A DNA stretch of 43,254 bases from Candidatus Bathyarchaeota archaeon (GTDB lineage Archaea > Thermoproteota > Bathyarchaeia > 40CM-2-53-6 > RBG-13-38-9), in assembly GCA_026394315.1 (NCBI GenBank), contig JAPKYM010000213.1, positions 1 through 43,254 on the forward strand. Direction: 5' to 3'. Shown here piece after piece: positions 42,105 through 43,254 of this stretch (the stretch's first letter is position 1; each line of letters opens with the position of its first letter). The translations under genes and the position numbers were made by a program. Under the pieces are notes generated by a model. The model had not been told where the DNA came from. It saw only the letters and a list, made by a program, of their open reading frames with translations, and did no database searches.

Positions 42105-43254
42105 CTAATATAGTTCATTCCTTTTTGAGATGTGGTTGAGTCGTCTCTTGTAAGCAGCCCTGAGTGTCAGTAGCGGCATTACGGCATAGATTGTTGTCGA
42201 TGAAACCGCGGCAAATAGAAATGCGGCAACAGATGCAAACGTCGAGTTGATAGGTGACGACATTGTGTATGTGTATGCGGTAAGATGGATTGTTCCAACA
42301 AGCGGTAACAAGAGAACTCTGAAGAGTGGTTTGGTAACATCGTGAGCATGAATAAACTCTGCGATTGGTGGCGACCACAAGTAATAGAAAGTATTCCACC
42401 CGTTTACCAGTAGTCTTCCAACTTCATTTGAACCTATCATCCCGTCTCTAACGTGTTGCATATAGGCGATTTCAGGAGCCAATTCACTTCCATAAGCGGC
42501 GGTAGCTATGACACAACCGTAATGCGGCTTCGACGTAGGCGTTGACGTAGGTTCAGGTGTGGCAGTTGGTGTAGAGTTCGTCGTAGGTGTCGGTGTCAGG
42601 GAGGGCATAGGTGTACTTGTTGGCTCAGAGACAGGTTCGTAGGTTATGCTGACGTCATCCCAGAATGCCCCCATTGGAACAGATGTGAGTCTCTGAAATG
42701 TCACTGCCAGTAATGTTATTGATACTCTCTCAACTGAGGCGACTGTAATGTTCGGGTAGGTCTGCTTGAGATCCGCATCAATGTTGCGTTTAACATGATT
42801 CCATTTATCGGATGCTAAATCAGAGAGCAGGATGTTCTTGACATTCTCTGAGGTCATCTTTGGCAATGGATAATCTCTGTAGACAGCGATGTTTTCTGTC
42901 CACGCGACGTAGTACACTATGGTCTTCTTGGTCTGTGTTGTCCAGAAATCAACGATTAATGCAATATCAACCCATGCGTTTACTTGAGATGTACCGAATA
43001 AGTAGACGTTGAATTGAAGCGTCAAATTAGATCTTCGATTCAATTGGATCTCTTGAGTGGCGCCCCCTCCAACGCCATAACAGTGCTCTCCTCCAGTACC
43101 GCTGAGTGTGTAGAGAGAATACCTTCCAGAATATGCGCGATAGTCTGTGGCTGCTCCTTCCCGAGGAAGCTGGTTACAATAGCTGAAGCCGCTCCATCCA
43201 TTCATCCCATTCTCAAAGCCACCATTCGCTACAAGCTCAACGACTTCACATCTT
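42105..43254 (-). CDS. surface protein, partial (N-terminus beyond the window end): CBM-like domain, Pro/Thr linker, CVIATAAYGS motif and C-terminal membrane domain
   Basis: The frame stays open upstream of the tracked ATG (43205) to the window edge (..VELVANGGFENGMNGWSGF.., an NGGFE..W start typical of carbohydrate-binding-module-like domains). Has a linker EPTSTPMPSLTPTPTTNSTPTATPEPTSTPTS, then GCVIATAAYGSELAPEI (CFI-box-like, from memory) and several TM helices. Confidence 0.6.
   Translation of the reverse strand, partial: RCEVVELVANGGFENGMNGWSGFSYCNQLPREGAATDYRAYSGRYSLYTLSGTGGEHCYGVGGGATQEIQLNRRSNLTLQFNVYLFGTSQVNAWVDIALIVDFWTTQTKKTIVYYVAWTENIAVYRDYPLPKMTSENVKNILLSDLASDKWNHVKRNIDADLKQTYPNITVASVERVSITLLAVTFQRLTSVPMGAFWDDVSITYEPVSEPTSTPMPSLTPTPTTNSTPTATPEPTSTPTSKPHYGCVIATAAYGSELAPEIAYMQHVRDGMIGSNEVGRLLVNGWNTFYYLWSPPIAEFIHAHDVTKPLFRVLLLPLVGTIHLTAYTYTMSSPINSTFASVAAFLFAAVSSTTIYAVMPLLTLRAAYKRRLNHISKRNELY

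Overview
Archaeal chromosomal segment. No rRNA genes or CRISPR arrays seen.

**Left third (minus strand):** the conserved transcription/translation block runs rpoH, unsplit rpoB, unsplit (A'+A'' fused) rpoA, rpl30e, nusA, then an inserted ftr plus a surface protein, then rps12. It is followed by a two-intron tRNA-Ser(GCU) and the 5' part of carA.

**Mobile cassette:** directly upstream of rpoH lies a 2,347-bp transposase-less cassette (11847-14193). It has 70-bp terminal inverted repeats (69/70 identical) and a perfect 9-bp target-site duplication. It carries a DUF4258-like toxin / zinc-ribbon antitoxin pair and two unknown genes.

**Middle:**
- a QueT-like transporter and cdhB-cdhA (CODH/ACS epsilon + alpha)
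- a NUDIX protein and a coiled-coil JAMM/MPN protease
- a frameshifted NapH-like 4Fe-4S membrane protein
- a split YeeE/YedE + TusA sulfur-transport module and a wHTH protein
- a tightly coupled plus-strand operon of unassigned pathway: proC, PurD-like ATP-grasp, HAD-like, a second Ftr paralog, PfkB kinase

**Right third:**
- Fe/Mn SOD, orphan atpF, pyrI, metX, pyrB
- a wHTH + ATP-cone + NrdD-like fusion that appears to lack both radical residues
- a frameshifted MazG-like gene
- an 810-bp non-coding gap holding a long palindrome, a (TG)8 tract and six ACGTGG(A/C) iterons
- a partial surface protein

**Likely organism (inference only):** Ftr, CdhAB, RpoH, eL30, the multi-intron tRNA and the fused rpoA suggest a TACK/Thermoproteota-type anaerobe with an H4MPT-dependent Wood-Ljungdahl pathway, Bathyarchaeia-like.
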